DNA of 64,000 nucleotides from positions 32,866,437 to 32,930,436 of the forward strand of contig NC_092672.1 of NCBI RefSeq assembly GCF_964355755.1, given 5' to 3'. Shown piece after piece: positions 42,401 through 53,100 of the stretch. The notes under the pieces were generated by a model, which was not told the origin of the DNA, ran no database searches, and saw only the letters and a program-made list of their open reading frames with translations. The stretch is from Antedon mediterranea (lineage: Eukaryota; Animalia; Echinodermata). Within the stretch, counting starts at the first letter, position 1; every line of letters begins with the position of its first letter. The position numbers and the translations under genes are program-made.

Positions 42401-43002
42401 ACCAAGGTAAACGCCCTTTCACTTTGATCATCGAGGACCCGAGTAAGCCGCCCGGTTACCGACGTTATAAACGTGGTCCGATTGATGATGCTATGCAAGA
42501 ACGATTCACACGTTTTGAGCGTAATGTAAATTGCGGAGACACCTGCTGTCAGTTTGCGTTGAACACAACGCATTATCATTGTCTACACTCGAATTGTAAC
42601 TATAAATTTGCTGGCAAAACGATGATGTATAAACACGCGCAACATCACGATCGTGTCGATAGCATCGTTCAAGATGACTTTGAAAGGTTTAAAGCGACGG
42701 TCCACTGCGAAAGACCAGACTGCGAGTTCGCACTTAAGCATACTCACTTTCATTGTCTACGCTGTCCATTCATCTGCACAGATAGCGCAAAAGTGACAGC
42801 TCACAGAAAACAGCATACGAAATCTGAAGTTATTTCATCCGCAGGATTTAAACAGTTCAGCTCGACAGATTCCTGCGAGTTTGATGCGTGTAAATATTCC
42901 AATAAATACTCGCACTATCATTGTATGCGACAGAATTGCTTCCAAGCCGTACTAGGCATGACAATGGTCGAAAGCCACAGTAAAAAATATCACCAGCAGT
43001 AG
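14428..43002 (+). CDS. CASZ1: Castor/CASZ1 zinc-finger transcription factor, about 1625 aa, 11 coding exons
   Basis: Exons 14428-15433, 17150-17572, 20276-20837, 21096-21186, 32681-32845, 33480-33770, 34075-34733, 35393-35515, 36307-36430, 36870-37313, 42013-43002 sum to 4878 nt with compatible phases and GT-AG sites. The translation contains the Castor signature [56 protein letters not shown] and the N-terminal LDAICAKL. Confidence 0.93.
16421..16590. mobile_element. MITE family A copy
   Basis: agctctttcaacactatca...tttgatagtgtggacagggct. Confidence 0.7.
17150..17572 (+). CDS. CASZ1: CASZ1 coding exon 2
   Basis: ttttcag acceptor, open frame ending [14 protein letters not shown]|gtaagg donor. 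Confidence 0.85.
17657..17965. mobile_element. Two adjacent MITE family A copies
   Basis: agctctgtctacactatcaaac...gatagtgtagacaaggct followed by a second copy ending gatagtgtagtcagagct. Confidence 0.7.
18460..18918. repeat. About 28-30-bp tandem minisatellite
   Basis: Unit gtcaccaaataggacccacagtacattt, with variants. Confidence 0.9.
19585..19913. mobile_element. Kolobok-like non-autonomous element, second copy
   Basis: ttaa|AGATGTGTTGTCTCC ... GGGAACAATACATCT|ttaa; related left ends at about 56989 and 62264. Confidence 0.7.
20276..20837 (+). CDS. CASZ1: CASZ1 coding exon 3
   Basis: tgtag acceptor, [23 protein letters not shown]...YMKYIAK, AA|gtatgt donor. Confidence 0.88.
21096..21186 (+). 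CDS. CASZ1: CASZ1 coding exon 4 (start of zinc finger 1)
   Basis: [30 protein letters not shown], gtgagt donor. Confidence 0.9.
21218..21583. mobile_element. MITE family B copy with internal about 17-bp repeat expansion (ggaggtgtccccttaat)
   Basis: ta|cagcagaacccct...ggaggttctcctg|ta termini. Confidence 0.7.
22441..22573. mobile_element. Short hairpin MITE (related longer copy at about 37983-38354)
   Basis: accaattttctactaggcgaac...attcgtctagtggaaaatcggct imperfect inverted ends. Confidence 0.55.
23540..24110 (-). mobile_element. 5'-truncated, frameshifted CR1/L2-clade LINE (ORF2 C-terminus, 3'UTR, (TGAAA)n tail)
   Basis: - strand peptide [13 protein letters not shown]...[31 protein letters not shown] resembles the CR1 ORF2 post-RT motif (LERVQRRATK..YEERL..L...SL..RR.R..LI..FK), followed by a microsatellite tail. 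Confidence 0.8.
26085..26340. repeat. Degenerate about 55-60-bp tandem repeat
   Basis: Recurring tccacact..aacagtcatcatagtg..aaagagattgc. Confidence 0.65.
26766..27212. repeat. About 46-bp dimeric minisatellite (two related about 23-bp subunits)
   Basis: actacatgcttttactgcagtgta alternating with actacaagcgtttactgcagta. Confidence 0.92.
29846..30020. mobile_element. Short TIR element (CAGGGAA...TTCCCTG); related partial copy at about 8047-8190
   Basis: Inverted termini flanked by gtact on both sides; shared core gccagtgtagcatagcaaaaagctata. Confidence 0.55.
30490..30730 (+). mobile_element. SINE 3' portion with LINE-like tail
   Basis: gcctctcttcacccaggtgtataaatggg core and gcgctatataaat...(TAT)n tail, as I recall from invertebrate tRNA-derived SINEs. 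Confidence 0.6.
32265..32609. repeat. MITE family B copy with 17-bp repeat expansion (gtgtcccctgaatagag)
   Basis: About 15 imperfect 17-mers, ending gttctactg|ta. Confidence 0.8.
32681..32845 (+). CDS. CASZ1: CASZ1 coding exon 5
   Basis: [35 protein letters not shown]...THYHCMQ. Confidence 0.95.
33480..33770 (+). CDS. CASZ1: CASZ1 coding exon 6
   Basis: [20 protein letters not shown]...[12 protein letters not shown]...GFKKFSKHE. Confidence 0.95.
34075..34733 (+). CDS. CASZ1: CASZ1 coding exon 7
   Basis: [23 protein letters not shown]...[12 protein letters not shown]...WQKYIS. Confidence 0.92.
34742..34897. mobile_element. MITE family A copy
   Basis: agctctgtgaacactatcaaac...gatagtgtagacagggct. 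Confidence 0.7.
35393..35515 (+). CDS. CASZ1: CASZ1 coding exon 8
   Basis: [40 protein letters not shown]. Confidence 0.9.
36307..36430 (+). CDS. CASZ1: CASZ1 coding exon 9
   Basis: [16 protein letters not shown]...HYHCMW, gtaagt donor. Confidence 0.85.
36870..37313 (+). CDS. CASZ1: CASZ1 coding exon 10
   Basis: SLRPGVYC...[28 protein letters not shown]. Confidence 0.9.
38739..38965. promoter_or_regulatory. Candidate intronic enhancer: three X-box (RFX)-like palindromes, an octamer and Sox-like cores
   Basis: ATTGCCCGGGCAAC 38739, ATGCAAAT 38754, ATTGTCATGGCAAC 38857, GTTGCTATGGTAAT 38952. Confidence 0.45.
39250..40088. repeat. About 73-bp tandem minisatellite (about 12 copies, some shortened variants)
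   Basis: Unit cagtgcttattttgttatgtacagtatctccattaagatctagccactgatacccacagcattgtcatttttt. Confidence 0.92.
42013..43002 (+). CDS. CASZ1: CASZ1 coding exon 11 (last; three C-terminal fingers)
   Basis: ttttcag acceptor, [14 protein letters not shown]...HYHCMRQNC...[12 protein letters not shown] stop. Confidence 0.92.
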   Translation: MQQMESHGRKHMRRVFGKTFNKPGSDCVDMKSMLHVIPTANIKTTMIDLSAPSSTSTFTSPVRHQTYASVPVSGVTEEQSKPLPPFMIPLAPLDAEESTTGSARPPEYPTQSVKPSANVNLPMLAHWKVNQGKRPFTLIIEDPSKPPGYRRYKRGPIDDAMQERFTRFERNVNCGDTCCQFALNTTHYHCLHSNCNYKFAGKTMMYKHAQHHDRVDSIVQDDFERFKATVHCERPDCEFALKHTHFHCLRCPFICTDSAKVTAHRKQHTKSEVISSAGFKQFSSTDSCEFDACKYSNKYSHYHCMRQNCFQAVLGMTMVESHSKKYHQQ

Positions 43003-44177
43003 AACTCCCCCTATTCATAATGGAAGAGTCGAATATTCAAATTAGATCACCTGCAGTTTGCATTCTTTACAATATCATTATGATCAAAATAATTTAATAT
43101 TCAAATCATTTGTATTCAGAATAAAGAAAACAATTTGATGCCATTATTTGGCAAGTTTTAATATAAATTATTACAAATGATTTCTGCTTGCCGTGCGCTA
43201 CTCATTTTACTAATTGACTGAATTGAACATAGTACATTTTATTATCCATAATTTCCAAAGATCTCCATACTAAATATCAAATCCCAGGTAATGTTACTTT
43301 AACAGTGTCTTCCATATTGTTTTTGTTTTAGTTAACATGTGACCTGCTTCTTCCAATCAGAATGCTGGTATCACATAAGTTAGAAATAACCAAAGATTGC
43401 TGTGTGTAGCTAGCTGATTTTAGATAGAATTTAAGTTTTCTTAACACATTCACTGCAGATTTGCTGTAGATGCCTAAGGACAACAGTTTGTGAATATAAA
43501 AACCAAAAAAAAATGAATGATCGTGTAAAAGCATGTCAGTTATAGTGTATCTCCACATATGGCATTATACAGTATGATAAATAATTCTGTAATACATTGG
43601 TGGTGCCTGTATGCTATGGTTACTCTTTCTTAGGCATAATACATGCATCACGTGGTGGATAGGAAAAACAGTGCTTTGCAATGGATGTGTTAATATATTT
43701 TTCTGTGTGTGTGTTTTATTTGACAATATCTTTAAAGTGTTAATAATATTCTGTTGCTATTTTGTAAAATGTATATAAAAATATTTGATTGATTGATTGA
43801 TGTTAATTGGTTTATGGGTTCGTTGCAATTTGTGTTACAATGATGTGATCAATGATTATTAGTTTAATTAGAAAGATTTTGTGTGTTTAGTTGAAGAAAT
43901 GCCGGACATTCTCGTGCTTTAAGACATTTTCATTACTATTTTACGTTATTTTTAAGTATTATTTTTCTTTTAATAGTTTTTCTTGTTAGTTTTGATCCAC
44001 TGTGGTTAACAGTACAATCATTACGTAGTTTACAAATTCAAAGACAGTTCCAAGATAAATTTTTAAATTTCAAAACATTCAAAAATAATATAAACACAAT
44101 TTTCTGAATATGCTCGCATTTTAAGGGGAGCAGTTTTTACTGGTGACATTTACTTCCTACCATTTAACATTCCCGAG

Positions 44178-44237
44178 TCTGTCTGGCTGTCTGTCTGGCT
44201 GTCTGGCTGTCTGTCTGTCTGGCTGTCTGTCTGTCTG
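44178..44237. repeat. (TGTC/TGGC)n microsatellite
   Basis: tctgtctggctgtctgtctggctgtc... Confidence 0.85.
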
Positions 44238-45951
44238 TGCAGACCTTAAAAACTCCATTTTTGCTGGGTGTTTATTTCATTAAAACATTATTTAATAGAA
44301 GACAATCAAAGAATGTTCTACTTATGCAAGACATTAAAATAATTAAGTCATTCCTAGTTCTTTTACTATACAGTAAAGACAAACACAACATTACCAATGA
44401 GGGTGTCCGTTGCTTGGAACAGCCCTGCTGTTTATTATATTCTATTCACCTCCACCCCATTTGACAACCTGTATAGGGTCTGCATTTTCCAAATTATTTA
44501 ATTTTAACTTATTATGCAAATCTTTAGCCATTATCATTCATGTGTCATTGTAATTTTAAAATCCTGGAAATTTCTTCCAATTCTATTCTGCTTACGTTCT
44601 TAAAAGTTTTGTTTTTCTGATGAATGTAGGAGAAAATTTGTAAAAAAGATTTTTGCTGTATGTTTTGATTTCTATAATACATAAATTAAAAAAATATTTA
44701 GCTGAAACTTCAATACCAAATATCAACACATAGTTATGATTGTTGTTTTTCTTCGTTTTTTCTTTTTGCATATTAAATTCCTTTTGACTTTTTATATATA
44801 CATATCTTCTTTAGTGTTTGCCGTGCTAATAAATACCAAATAATTATTTTAATTATAAGCTTTAACTTTAAAAAAATGTGTACATTAATTGTAAAGTTTG
44901 AAATTAGTATATTGTAGTAGTTAGGTACAGTAAATATATTATATTGCAGTGAGTTGTATTTACATTGTTATCCTCTATTTAATTGTATTCACTTCACTTC
45001 ATTTTTTTTCATTATTGAATTTTCAATACTAATGTACTGTAAATAAACAAAATTTATCACTGTTTTTTGCAAAACTATGCAAGCCAACTTATGTTTTGTT
45101 CAATTAACTTTTAAATATGTGCAAATAATAATTAACTATTTTCCCCCAATTCATTTGATTGGTTATCAACTATAGCACATTTACATAATTAATTCACATT
45201 CCATTTTGATTGGTTGAAGCACTGTGCATTATGGGATATTCATGTTAATAAGCTGTTGAATATTCATATAGGCTTTTATACAGGTACTATAGGCAAATGA
45301 GTGAGTGTTTTTTCTTTTATAAATATTTTTTCTTTCCAAGGAAAGGATAAAATAAAATATATCATGTAGTATTCATAAGACACAATTTTAGTTTGTTTTT
45401 GCTGTTAAAAAAGTGATATTTAAACATTTTTTTAAACAAAATGTGCGGTATAAATTACAGGAATTGAATTTCTGAACTAGAGCAATAAGATGTTATGTAT
45501 GCAGAGATTTTAATAATTATTCGATTTTTAAACTTAATATTGTACTCTTAAAATTAGTTTGGTTAATTGAACTTGGATGTGAATCTGAATTTTTTCTAAA
45601 AAGTGTGAAATTAGCTAGTTATTACGATGGGTTTTTTTATTTGTTAAAAAAAGCATTAGTAAAATTCTGTTAATAGATTTAAATCCCAACATTTTTCAAA
45701 ATGTTAAAATTATCAGGAATCTTGATTTAAAAATGATTTGGCTTTTGTTTCTCGAGATGTGACGCAAACTCCATGCGTATGATTGTATCTAAAAAATGTG
45801 TTAATATTGCAAAATTAATTATTTTAAATGATATAAGTAAAGCCACTTTTATAAAGTGCCATGATTTGAGTTTGATGTTTGATGAACAAGGGCTACTCCA
45901 TTTTCCTTATTAGATTTCATTTGAACTTTTACAAATTGTTAATTCCAAATA

Positions 45952-46182
45952 AAGTAGAACTTCTGTTAAGGGGACACCATCAGGATCCAAAAAAGTGTCC
46001 CTTAATAAGGTGTTCCTAAATAGGGGTTAGCTGTTGTATTAACATATATTGCCTCTAATTCATTACAGCAAAGTGTCCACTTAATAGGGGTGTCTCCTTA
46101 ATAGAGGTTCACCGTAGTCTTACACTATAATATGTTCGTTTCACCCCTTATTAGAGGTGTCCCTTGAACACAGGTTCTACTG
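45952..46182. mobile_element. MITE family B copy
   Basis: agtagaacttctgttaaggggacacc...caggttctactg|ta. Confidence 0.65.
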
Positions 46183-47583
46183 TAATTGGCATAGTTTCTT
46201 TGTGTGTGTGTGTGATAAATAATTGCTTCTCTATAAATCATAAAATAATCTTTTTTTTTTACAAAAAAAAAGGTACAAAATACAATAATTGCTGTGCAAC
46301 TCATTTAGGATTGAACGTGTGCAAATTTGTTTTCTTTATTAAGTACCAATTTTCTTCTCGTCTTTATATGTTTGAATTTGTAATGAATTTTTGTTTGGAG
46401 TGATTTGTTGTAATACCGTACGATTGTTATAATTTGTTTAAGAGTGGTAATTGTAGATTTTTGGGGGTTGATTTTTAAATTTTTTTTGAGAGTGTCGAAT
46501 AAAAGCACTGAATAAACTGAAATGATGCAAATGCTGTATTTTATTTTTTTACCTGTTTTGTTTAACCTGTTAATTATGCCACCTGATTTTATGAAACAAA
46601 ATGTTTGGGTACTTTAGCAGTTAGGATCTGAAAACATGCATTTTCTTATTGGTGCACACTTGATGAATATGGTAATTTTTATGCAAATGACCATAGCATG
46701 GTTCACCAGTCTAAAGCATTTGTATAGTACAAGTCTTAGTGAAAGGGTGTGCTGCGATTATGCAGCTATAGGCCTACACTGCCACACTAAGCCAGTGGTA
46801 CAGGACTGGTGGAGCAGTTAAATAAATTACTATTATATAAGGCCCAGCTGTATCTGACCAAATAGGAACTATTGAGTGTGAGTATACCATTTATTTTTTT
46901 GAATTACAAAGACAGTAGGCTAGGATAGAATAGATAATACAAAGTGGTTAGGATTCCGGCAGAATCAACGCAACTGATAGATCAATTCAAAATCTCTCAT
47001 GCATGCACATTTTTGTAACCTCGTGTACAAAATTTAACACCAATTTTTCCGACTGGTTGGCTGGCTTAGTGATGTGGTACTGCGGCTGGAGGTCTTGTGG
47101 TTTTGTAGGTTCAATTTAAAAAAAATTTTTTTAATTCAAAAAATTGTCTTTCATTCTTTACCCACCATTGCCTAGAGGGATGTTTTTTTTTCGTTTAGTT
47201 CTCAGTGTTAGTTTCTGTTGTAATCTGTAATCTGGTGCCGGAATCCTAACGGTGTAGATAATAGCAAACTTTACTGTACCCCATATATTACTACCTATTT
47301 GTATCTTAGTAGTAATAGTGTTTACAATAACTGTACTTAACAAGTTAAGATAATTTATTGCTATTTTATCCAGGTCCAAAATTAACAAACCTTTGAGTTA
47401 AGTTGACTATACAGTTCAGTTTATTAAAAAACACAAAACATTAAAACAACAAATTATTACACTATTAAATTACTACAATTATAACATTTTTTATCCAAGG
47501 TGAAACATGTTGATTACTGGTATTTTAAAGTAAATTTTTGGAATGTTTGAAAAAGGCCCATCTCCCAGCATAAACATAAAAAA

Positions 47584-49762
47584 CACTATTAAATGCATGT
47601 GCCTTGCCCATTTATGCTCCTGGTTACAGAGAGGGAAACAAAGAGTAGGTATACTATCTATCAATCTGTCCATACTATCAAACTAGTTTGACAAAAAAAA
47701 GTGTGATGTGCCCAAATATGATTGTGATATGACATCATCATGTCTACAATATATGGACAAATAATATTTGCAAGACACTATAAAATTAACGTGCCTAACC
47801 CATTTATGCTCCTGGTTGCAGAGAGAGAAAAATAGAGTAGGTAATCAATCTATAAACAAGTAAAGCTCTGTTCATACTATCAAACTAGTTTTTAAAAAAG
47901 TGTGATGTGCCCAAATATGATTGTGATATGACATCATTATGTGGACAATATATGGACAAATAATATTTGCAAGACACTATTAAATTAACGTGCCTAACCC
48001 ATTTATGCTCCTGGTTGCAGAGAGAGAAACATAACCAATTTATAAACAAGAGTCAAGCTCTATCCATACTATCAAACTAGTTTGAAAAAAAGTGTGATGT
48101 GCCCAAATATGATTGTGATATGACATCATCATGTCTACAATATATGGACAAATAATATTTGCAAGACACTATTAAATTAACGTGCCTAACCCATTTATGC
48201 TCCTGGTTGCAGAGAGAGAAAAATAGAGTAGGTAATCAATCTATAAACAAGTAAAGCTCTGTTCATACTATCAAACTAGTTTTAAAAAAAGTGTGATGTG
48301 CCCAAATATGATTGTGATATGACATCATAATGTCTGCAGTATATGGACAAATAATATTTGCAAGACACTATTAAATTAACGTGCCTAACCCATTTATGCT
48401 CCTGGTTGCAGAGAGAGAAACATAGAGTAGGTAATCAATCTATAAACAAGTAAAGCTCTGTTCATACTATCAAACTAGTTTGACAAAAAAAAGTGTGATG
48501 TGCCCAAATATGATTGTGATATGACATCATTATGTGGACAATATATGGACAAATAATATTTGCAAGACACTATTAAATTAACGTGCCTAACCCATTTATG
48601 CTCCTGGTTGCAGAGAGAGAAACATAACCAATTTATAAACAAGAGTCAAGCTCTATCCATACTATCAAACTAGTTTGAAAAAAAGTGTGATGTGCCCAAA
48701 TATGATTGTGATATGACATCATCATGTCTACAATATATGGACAAATAATATTTGCAAGACACTATTAAATTAACGTGCCTAACCCATTTATGCTCCTGGT
48801 TGCAGAGAGAGAAAAATAGAGTAGATAATCAATCTATAAACAAGTAAAGCTCTGTTCATACTATCAAACTAGTTTTTAAAAAAGTGTGATGTGCCCAAAT
48901 ATGATTGTGATATGACATCATTATGTGGACAATATATGGACAAATAATATTTGCAAGACACTATTAAATTAACGTGCCTAACCCATTTATGCTCCTGGTT
49001 GCAGAGAGAGAAACATAACCAATTTATAAACAAGAGTCAAGCTCTATCCATACTATCAAACTAGTTTGAAAAAAAGTGTGATGTGCCCAAATATGATTGT
49101 GATATGACATCATCATGTCTACAATATATGGACAAATAATATTTGCAAGACACTATTAAATTAACGTGCCTAACCCATTTATGCTCCTGGTTGCAGAGAG
49201 AGAAAAATAGAGTAGGTAATCAATCTATAAACAAGTAAAGCTCTGTTCATACTATCAAACTAGTTTTAAAAAAAGTGTGATGTGCCCAAATATGATTGTG
49301 ATATGACATCATAATGTCTGCAGTATATGGACAAATAATATTTGCAAGACACTATTAAATTAACGTGCCTAACCCATTTATGCTCCTGGTTGCAGAGAGA
49401 GAAACATAACCAATTTATAAACAAGAGTCAATTAGCTCTATCCATACTATCAAACTAGTTTGAAAAAAAGTGTGATGTGCCCAAATATGATTGTGATATG
49501 ACATCATAATGTTTGCAGTATATGGACAAATAATATTTGCAAGACACTATTAAATTAACGTACCTAACCCATTTATGCTCCTGGTTGCAGAGAGAGAAAC
49601 AATCTATAAACAAGAGTCAAGCTCTATCCATACTATCAAACTAGTTTGAAAAAAAGTGTGATGTGCCCAAATATGGTACTGATATGGCATCATCATGTTC
49701 ATATACAGGTATGGGTAAATCATATTGTTGTCACATAGTTTGATAGTGTGTAGACTGAGCTT
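47584..49762. repeat. About 190-200-bp satellite-like tandem array (about 11 units) built from the left arm of MITE family A plus flanking DNA
   Basis: Unit start acactattaaattaacgtgcctaacccatttatgctcctggttgcagagagag recurs at about 47584, 47775, 47974, 48166, 48365, 48567, 48760, 48959, 49150, 49349 and 49544; the last unit ends in a full MITE. Confidence 0.93.
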
Positions 49763-50050
49763 ACAACTTTGAAGCTATTATTAAGTACAGCACAGCTGTA
49801 AGCATTCTGTTTATCCTTGATGTTGTATAGTGAGAGTCTTATAATGATGCAAGATTCAACTGTAAAAAGGTTGTAGCAGCAATAAGGTTAAAGTAAGGTT
49901 CTTCTGTTGTTGTTTCCCCTTTCAAACCACATCAAGGTATATTTTAATACGCCATATGAAATGTGAATATATTGCCAATCCAATCTATTCAGTTGTTGCT
50001 TTACACTCAAAAGTTTTAAAATGTTCTTGAACTTTGAGATGCTATCATTT

Positions 50051-50114
50051 TCATGTCCTTTTAAGGCAGGCAACTGATAATATGACAACAACCTCGATAA
50101 AACCAGGAACAAAG
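50051..50114 (-). CDS. TMEM107: TMEM107 exon 5
   Basis: tttcag acceptor, FVPGFIEVVVILSVACLKRT, TGA stop. Confidence 0.85.
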
Positions 50115-53100
50115 CTGAAAGTAAAAGAAAAAAATTTAAAAATTAAAATTTAGTTAAATTTCTTGTTGAAATAGGTTTAAAAATTATGGTTTGCGTCTCC
50201 TCCTCTTCCTAAAGTTCTCCAACAAGATCCCTGTGGGGCTGAGGTTCATATTCGTCATAAGTTTAGTGTTTATATTATATTTTTTGATGAAAGGGTATTT
50301 GGTGTTATGGATTGTCTGCTAAAATTACCATTTACTGTACAATCATCATTTCGATCATAAACTCACCTACAGAAAGAGAAAATCCACCAGAATCTATAAA
50401 TAGGCCAGGATTCAAATAAAAAGTATGATAACGCTATCGTCGCACTTGCATGAGCCATGACGGCTGGTTTAATTAGTCAAGGAAGACCGAAAAATGTCAA
50501 AGTTCACACACAAGTTTTATTGTTGCAATATTAATCATGCTTCATGCAGTAGAATTAGTTTTACCTTTTACCTTGCTTACCATTCTCAGGATCCGGGGTT
50601 CAAATCTTGGTGACAATACCAAGGAGTATATGTTAATATACAGTAGAACCTCTATTAAGGGGACACCTTCGAGAGCCAAACAATTGTCCCTTTATAATAG
50701 GGGCAATCCATAGTGGTAAAACATATAACCCCCCCCCCCTCCCCACCCATTCATTAATAGATGTCCTCTTAATAGGGATGTCCCAAAAGAGGGATTCTAC
50801 AGTATACAGTATATCATTATTATTGTGTATGTTTATTTATGTAATTGATAACAATTTTTTCTGCTTGCGTTAATGTAAAAATTATTAGAATGCAAAAGAA
50901 AATGAATTATGATTATGAATGGTGATTATATTATGTGTTATGTTACACTACTTACCTGCAGAATATCATAATGTACCATAACCTGTATATCGGCCATTCT
51001 TCAAAAACAAAATGGCTGAATGCAGCTGAGCCGCTAGCATGTGCAAAAAGTGCTTCAAAGCAAAATGTTAAGGTGCAAAATATATAGTGAGGTTGTGATG
51101 GGTATCCAGCATTGAATTTCAGGGACGTGAAAATGAGATTATGTAAATGCAAAAGTTTGATTATGAAAGTAATTCAGTGCCCAGGGACAGATCCAGGGGG
51201 CATGCTCCCTGCTTTTGACAGGTAAAATTAAAATATGAAACTAGAAATTGCAGGACCAAGGAAATGTCCCTTATTTGAAATGTCTCCTGAATAGGGTGGT
51301 TGGCCATGGTGCTACAACAAATATTTCCCCTTGTTTGTTTCAGTGAAATAATAATATATGATAAAGCGTTACAAAATATGTAAGAGGCGTCTACTGTATG
51401 TTGTTTATGAATTAGATGATAATAATAATGAAGATGAAATGATTATACACAAGCACAACAAAGTGAATATACAAATTACAACACAAATCATTATCATAAA
51501 AAAACATGCAATAATTAGAATATCACACATGCAAACATGCACAATAAACACTGGTAAATAATACCGTAATTTACAACATGCATTTATATATGAGAATGAA
51601 AAAACATTCCAAATATGGACATAGAATAACCAATTTTATTATTTCAGGAAACATGTACCTCAGGCCTTATCTTTCAAGGCAAGCGAGTGCGATCACTCAC
51701 TTAACACACTCCTAAACTGCCCTTGAGAAGTGCTATTTACAACATGCTTAAATTTGGTAAACTTCTACACACGAAAATACAAACAGCACACCTACAGCAT
51801 CCCTGAATGTATTGAGGAGTGCAATTTGTAGCACACTTATAATTTTCAAAAGACAAGGCCTGGTATCTGCCATACTGTGTGTAAACAAATGTTTCTAAAA
51901 GTAATATTTTGGTAACTATAATGATTATGAATTTAATTAGATGATAGTCATTCAATGGACTGATTATAGCCTGGTGGTTAAGGGCTGCTCACCAATTCTA
52001 AACTCTGGATTCAAATCCTGGCACGAGACTTATATAGGTAGTAATACCCTTTTAACCCCTGCAAAAAGTAACAAGTTTTAACCAGGTTTGCACAGTGTGA
52101 AGATTCCAAAGAAAAACAACGAGAGGCCTTTTTTTCTCGAGATGTTTCGAGTGCTCACATGTGTATTGCACTGGTATTAAACTAACCAATCATAATAATA
52201 AAATCCCAAGATTTCTCACGATTCGCGTATGACTCGGGGGTATCAAACCTGGTTTCATGTTGTAACAATTTATGCTGATGTAAAAAGGGTCTTGGTTTGG
52301 AAAGTTTGGATATATTTGTTCCTTTAATGCAGTTGGTGAGGCATGTGATTGCTGTAGGTGTAAGTGTTATTTAAGTTTAGCAGGTGGGATATTCTCAAGC
52401 ATGGGATTTTACTCATAGGGTATTAATGATATTTATTTTGAATAACCTAACAGTCTGGGTTGATGTATGTCTTCTTCTTCAAATGGCAGCAGTTCCATAA
52501 AGATGATATCAATAAATCATTCAATTTTAGCATCAACTCATTACCTGATAAACCAATATGCTTAAGGATACAGACGAGGTTGGCAAAGTTACTGAACATT
52601 GATACTCCTGACAAAAAACCAATCAACTCCACAGCAATGAAGAACAGGGTGAAAGACAGACCTACAATTAAACTGAAAAAAAGTGAAACATTTTCGTAAT
52701 CTTTGTGTGTAAAATCTGTAAAAATATTAATAATTATAAAATACAGGTTAAGTAAGGGGCAAGCTTTTAAAGCTTAATGCATTTTATTGTATGAACTACT
52801 ACATAACCGCCGGGAGAGGTGTGTCATTTACAAATAATTATTGACGCAGGGGTGCGACAAAAAACCTAGATGGTACGTCACATCAATGAACAATGGTGGG
52901 TCAATGTCTGTCACTTTACCACCCACCATAAACAATAAAGCAAAAAAAATGTCTCAAAGGTTATGGAGATGGGAATAAATTAACAAAACCGGGAAAACCC
53001 ATCTGTCCTTGTCCAGCTTCCTTACCTAACATCTTTTTCGTCAAACTCATCCTGGGTGTAATCCGTAGGGATACTTGAATAAACGTTCTCATCCTGAAAA

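Noticed and set aside
47584-49762. CRISPR-like or otherwise programmed repeat-spacer array
   Set aside because: The variable segments are only a few recurring alleles, not unique spacers. Units are about 195 bp, the context is eukaryotic, there are no cas-like ORFs, and the repeat derives from a MITE.
46500-50050. U8 snoRNA (SNORD118), which lies at the TMEM107 3' end in human
   Set aside because: I saw no U8-like 5' sequence or box C/D arrangement by eye; an Infernal search with the Rfam U8 model would settle it
52673-52715. Longer TMEM107 exon 3 using the upstream ttttacag acceptor (DFTHKDYENVSLFFS)
   Set aside because: Its phase is incompatible with exon 2; the tttttttcag acceptor at 52673 gives the correct frame and homologous length
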